Virus record (IMG/VR): IMGVR_UViG_3300029258_002750
Coordinates: 62,001 to 126,000 of that record
Reading direction: 5' to 3' (one strand)
DNA: 64,000 nucleotides
A program made the translations under genes and the position numbers. Below the pieces are notes generated by a model, which was not told where the DNA came from, did no database searches, and worked only from the letters and a program-made list of their open reading frames with translations. Position 1 is the first letter of the stretch, and each line of letters begins with the position of its first letter. Below, in pieces: positions 61,615-64,000 of this stretch.

Positions 61615-61963
61615 ACGCAGACGAGCACGACGCCGACCATTGCGGTGATTCCCCAGAAGATGATTGGGATGTCCGGTGCGGCTTTCATGCAGAGTCCGAG
61701 GACGATGGAGAGTAGGAGCAGCTCGCTCCAGAATCGAATCTCGAGCCTAATGTGTGTCAGCACGAGATGTCTCCCAGTCGATCGACGGCCGGGATCAGGT
61801 TCTCTAGCGCGCGGATGGCCCGCTTGATCTCGTCCACGTTGCGGAAGTGGATGCAGCCGCGCGACGCTGTACCCGCCGGTCTGCCCCTGAAGTCGTAGAT
61901 CGAGTCCTTGATGTGGAGCCAGCCGATGACGTCCGGCTCGTTCGGCGCGGGCCGTGTGTAGAT

Positions 61964-62024
61964 CTCGGCCTCAGAAGGGGAACTCACTTGGAAGGGGAAC
62001 TCGGCCTCAGAAGGGGAACTCACT
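61964..62024. repeat. 25-bp direct repeat with 36-bp period (in-frame duplication)
   Basis: ctcggcctcagaaggggaactcact at 61964 and 62000, giving VSSPSEAE twice in ORF 61757-62044. Confidence 0.8.
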
Positions 62025-63551
62025 CGGATCGATCCCTGGTTCAATGTCGTTCGCGACCTCGGCCAGTCCGACGACGGCGCCCTTGTGGTCGAGGATCTGC
62101 TCCCGCATCTTGTCTCGGTAGACCTCTCCCGCGTACGCGCGAGCAGTGTTGTCGAGGCTCTCCCACGTGCTCCTGTGCTGGATCGAGCAGAAGATGAGCA
62201 CGCGCTTCTTCGGTCCCTTTCGGAACATGCCGCCCATCTCCAGCACCGTCGAGACGTGGGAGGCGTTGTGTGCTACCCAGCCGGGCGGCAGGTCGCCCCG
62301 GAAGTAGTCCTTGGCGTCCCGCGCCTGCTTGTGGATCGCAGCCTCGGCCTTCATCTTCGTTCCGCACAGTTCGCACGTGAAGGTGACATCGATGCCGCTC
62401 ACGTGCTCTCTCCGACACTCGCCAGCCGATCGATCGCCGAGCACGAGTCGAGCGGGGCCTCGGCCCACTCGTACTGGCAGGTCCGACAGGAGCGGTGCAT
62501 GTGCTCCTCGGCGGAGAGCCTGCCTTCCATCAGGCGATTGCCGATCGTCGCCGGTACTGACAGCCCGCTCTTCAGCCTCTTCTTCAAGAACGGCTGTGCC
62601 TTGACCCACACCACGTGGATGTCGCGCTGGCCGCACTTGGGGCAGGAGCGATCGTGTCGGTAAGGCTTCAGCTCGCTCACGCGTTCGCCTTGTAGTGCAG
62701 GTCGCCGATCCACATCCCGCAGACACAGCAGCAGCCGACGTCACCGGCCCAGTGATCGGTGCGTAGGACGGTGGTGAGTTCCCCCTCCACCTCAGCCTGC
62801 TTCGGCTCGTGGTCCTTGCACCAGACCGTGCTCTTCTCATCGAACCAGGCGATAACCTCGTCCATCAGTCCATCCCACTTGGAGCGGTCGATCTCTTCGC
62901 CTGCTCCTCGGCGTAGATCCGATTCGCGTAGTCCGCGTAGGCGGAGAAGATCTCCCTGTCATCTCCCCAACTGGCGATCTCCTTTCGGCCCCTCTCGGTG
63001 CAGTGACCGGCCGAGATGAGACCGAGACGCGACAGGGAGATGACCAGCTCGCGGCCCTCTTGGGTATCGGTCACGCCGACGCTGAACCAGTGGTAGTAGT
63101 AGCGCAGGAGCATCAGCTTTTGCTCTTGCGTCAGGTCCGAACCGGCCACTTCTTACTCCTCTGGGATCGGTCCCAGTCGCAGCTTCTTGGAAACGGATAC
63201 CATTCGCTCGTGGGTGACCGATCCCGCGCACGTCTTGCAGAGAGGGCTACAGCTGTTACCCCACCAGTAGCAGGTGTGCTTGCCGCAGATCACGCAGACC
63301 TCGACGACTTCGTCGCACGGCTGTTCTCTGGTCACTGGTACGGGCATCAGTCCAGCCACTTCTCGCACCCGCGTTTCATGTTCTCCAGCGCCTCGTACTG
63401 GGCTTCGGTCACGTGCCGCCGGTCCTCGATCCAGGCGCGGATGTCCCGCACTTTCTCCTCGACCGACCCGGCGAACTCCTCGGCCTTCTCGGGCAGCTCG
63501 TTGTCGATCATGTCGAGGATCTCATCGGCGATCTCGAGCGCGCTCTCCCAG

Positions 63552-64000
63552 TCAGCCATCTCGTCTCCCGCAGCAGCGCTTCCACTTCTTCCCGGAGCCA
63601 CAACCGCACGGTGCGTTGCGGCCTGTCTTCTTCCTCGGTCGGCGGTAGGTTCCGGCGTGCTTGAAGTAGCGGTGCAGGTGGCCATCGGACGTCATGGCCT
63701 CCTTGATGCCCAAGCCGGTGGTGAGCAGCCGCTCCAGCCAGTTGTCCGCGAACCACGACCACACGCCCCCGGGCAGCGGCGAGAACCGATCGTTGAGCAG
63801 CTCGGTCAGGTCGGTCAGGCCCTCGGGGGTCTCCTCCGACTCTTCGTTCACGTCCATCTGGTAGACCGCCCAGACGGCGATCTCGATGAGCGTGAGCACC
63901 TCGGTGACGCTGGCGTTGATGACCGATCCCTCGATGTGATCGGCCGCGCCGAACACGCGCAGGAGCAGCTTGGCGATGTCCTCGTCGTCCGGGTGGACGC
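63552..64000 (-). CDS. SEC-C motif protein (5' end beyond window)
   Basis: TGRNAPCGCGSGKKWKRCCG; frame open to window edge. Confidence 0.8.
   Translation of the reverse strand, partial: VHPDDEDIAKLLLRVFGAADHIEGSVINASVTEVLTLIEIAVWAVYQMDVNEESEETPEGLTDLTELLNDRFSPLPGGVWSWFADNWLERLLTTGLGIKEAMTSDGHLHRYFKHAGTYRRPRKKTGRNAPCGCGSGKKWKRCCGRRDG

Larger units (their letters stand above)
34530..62713 (-). other. Dense array of small, mostly minus-strand genes; about 40 carry a shared C-terminal helical tag
   Basis: Consecutive ORFs with 1-4 nt overlaps ending in variants of SA(V/I)DRL(G/A)DL. Confidence 0.85.

Noticed and set aside
34530-62713. Tag as an integron attC-like or CRISPR-like DNA repeat
   Set aside because: Lies in frame before the stop, varies synonymously and has no fixed spacing; no integrase or cas gene in the window. 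A DNA-level role is not formally excluded

Overview
High-GC (roughly two-thirds G+C by eye) segment of a large tailed dsDNA phage with T4-like head-assembly signatures; the host cannot be identified from this window. (1) 1-18.6 kb, + strand: the 3' end of the terminase large subunit, an NrdR-type Zn ribbon, a ~2,090-aa protein with an atypical (PI3/4K/HipA-like) kinase domain, and a block of basic proteins studded with L-x-E putative prohead-protease sites. (2) 18.6-23.6 kb: dNMP kinase and class II ribonucleotide reductase (nrdJ). (3) 23.6-64 kb: mostly minus-strand, densely packed small genes, including an RNAP alpha-CTD homologue, HNH, HAD, pyrimidine-dimer glycosylase, WGR, RNase HI, DUF4314, YkgJ, GIY-YIG, SprT and three SEC-C proteins. 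The most striking unexplained signal is a ~10-residue helical tag (consensus [S/D/P]-A-[V/I]-[D/E/T]-[R/Q/x]-L-[G/A]-[D/E/x]-[L/I/V]) at or near the C-terminus of roughly 40 otherwise unrelated small proteins, many of them Tudor/KOW/SH3-like barrels. A separate set of proteins carries an N-terminal MSL(Y/F)(D/E)R...E or RRPLKTLxE motif resembling the T4 capsid-targeting sequence. A GGGTAGAA(C/T) -10 element drives apparently leaderless genes and often doubles as the upstream stop codon. All family assignments are from motif recognition by eye; no database search was run. No tRNA, rRNA or CRISPR array was seen.
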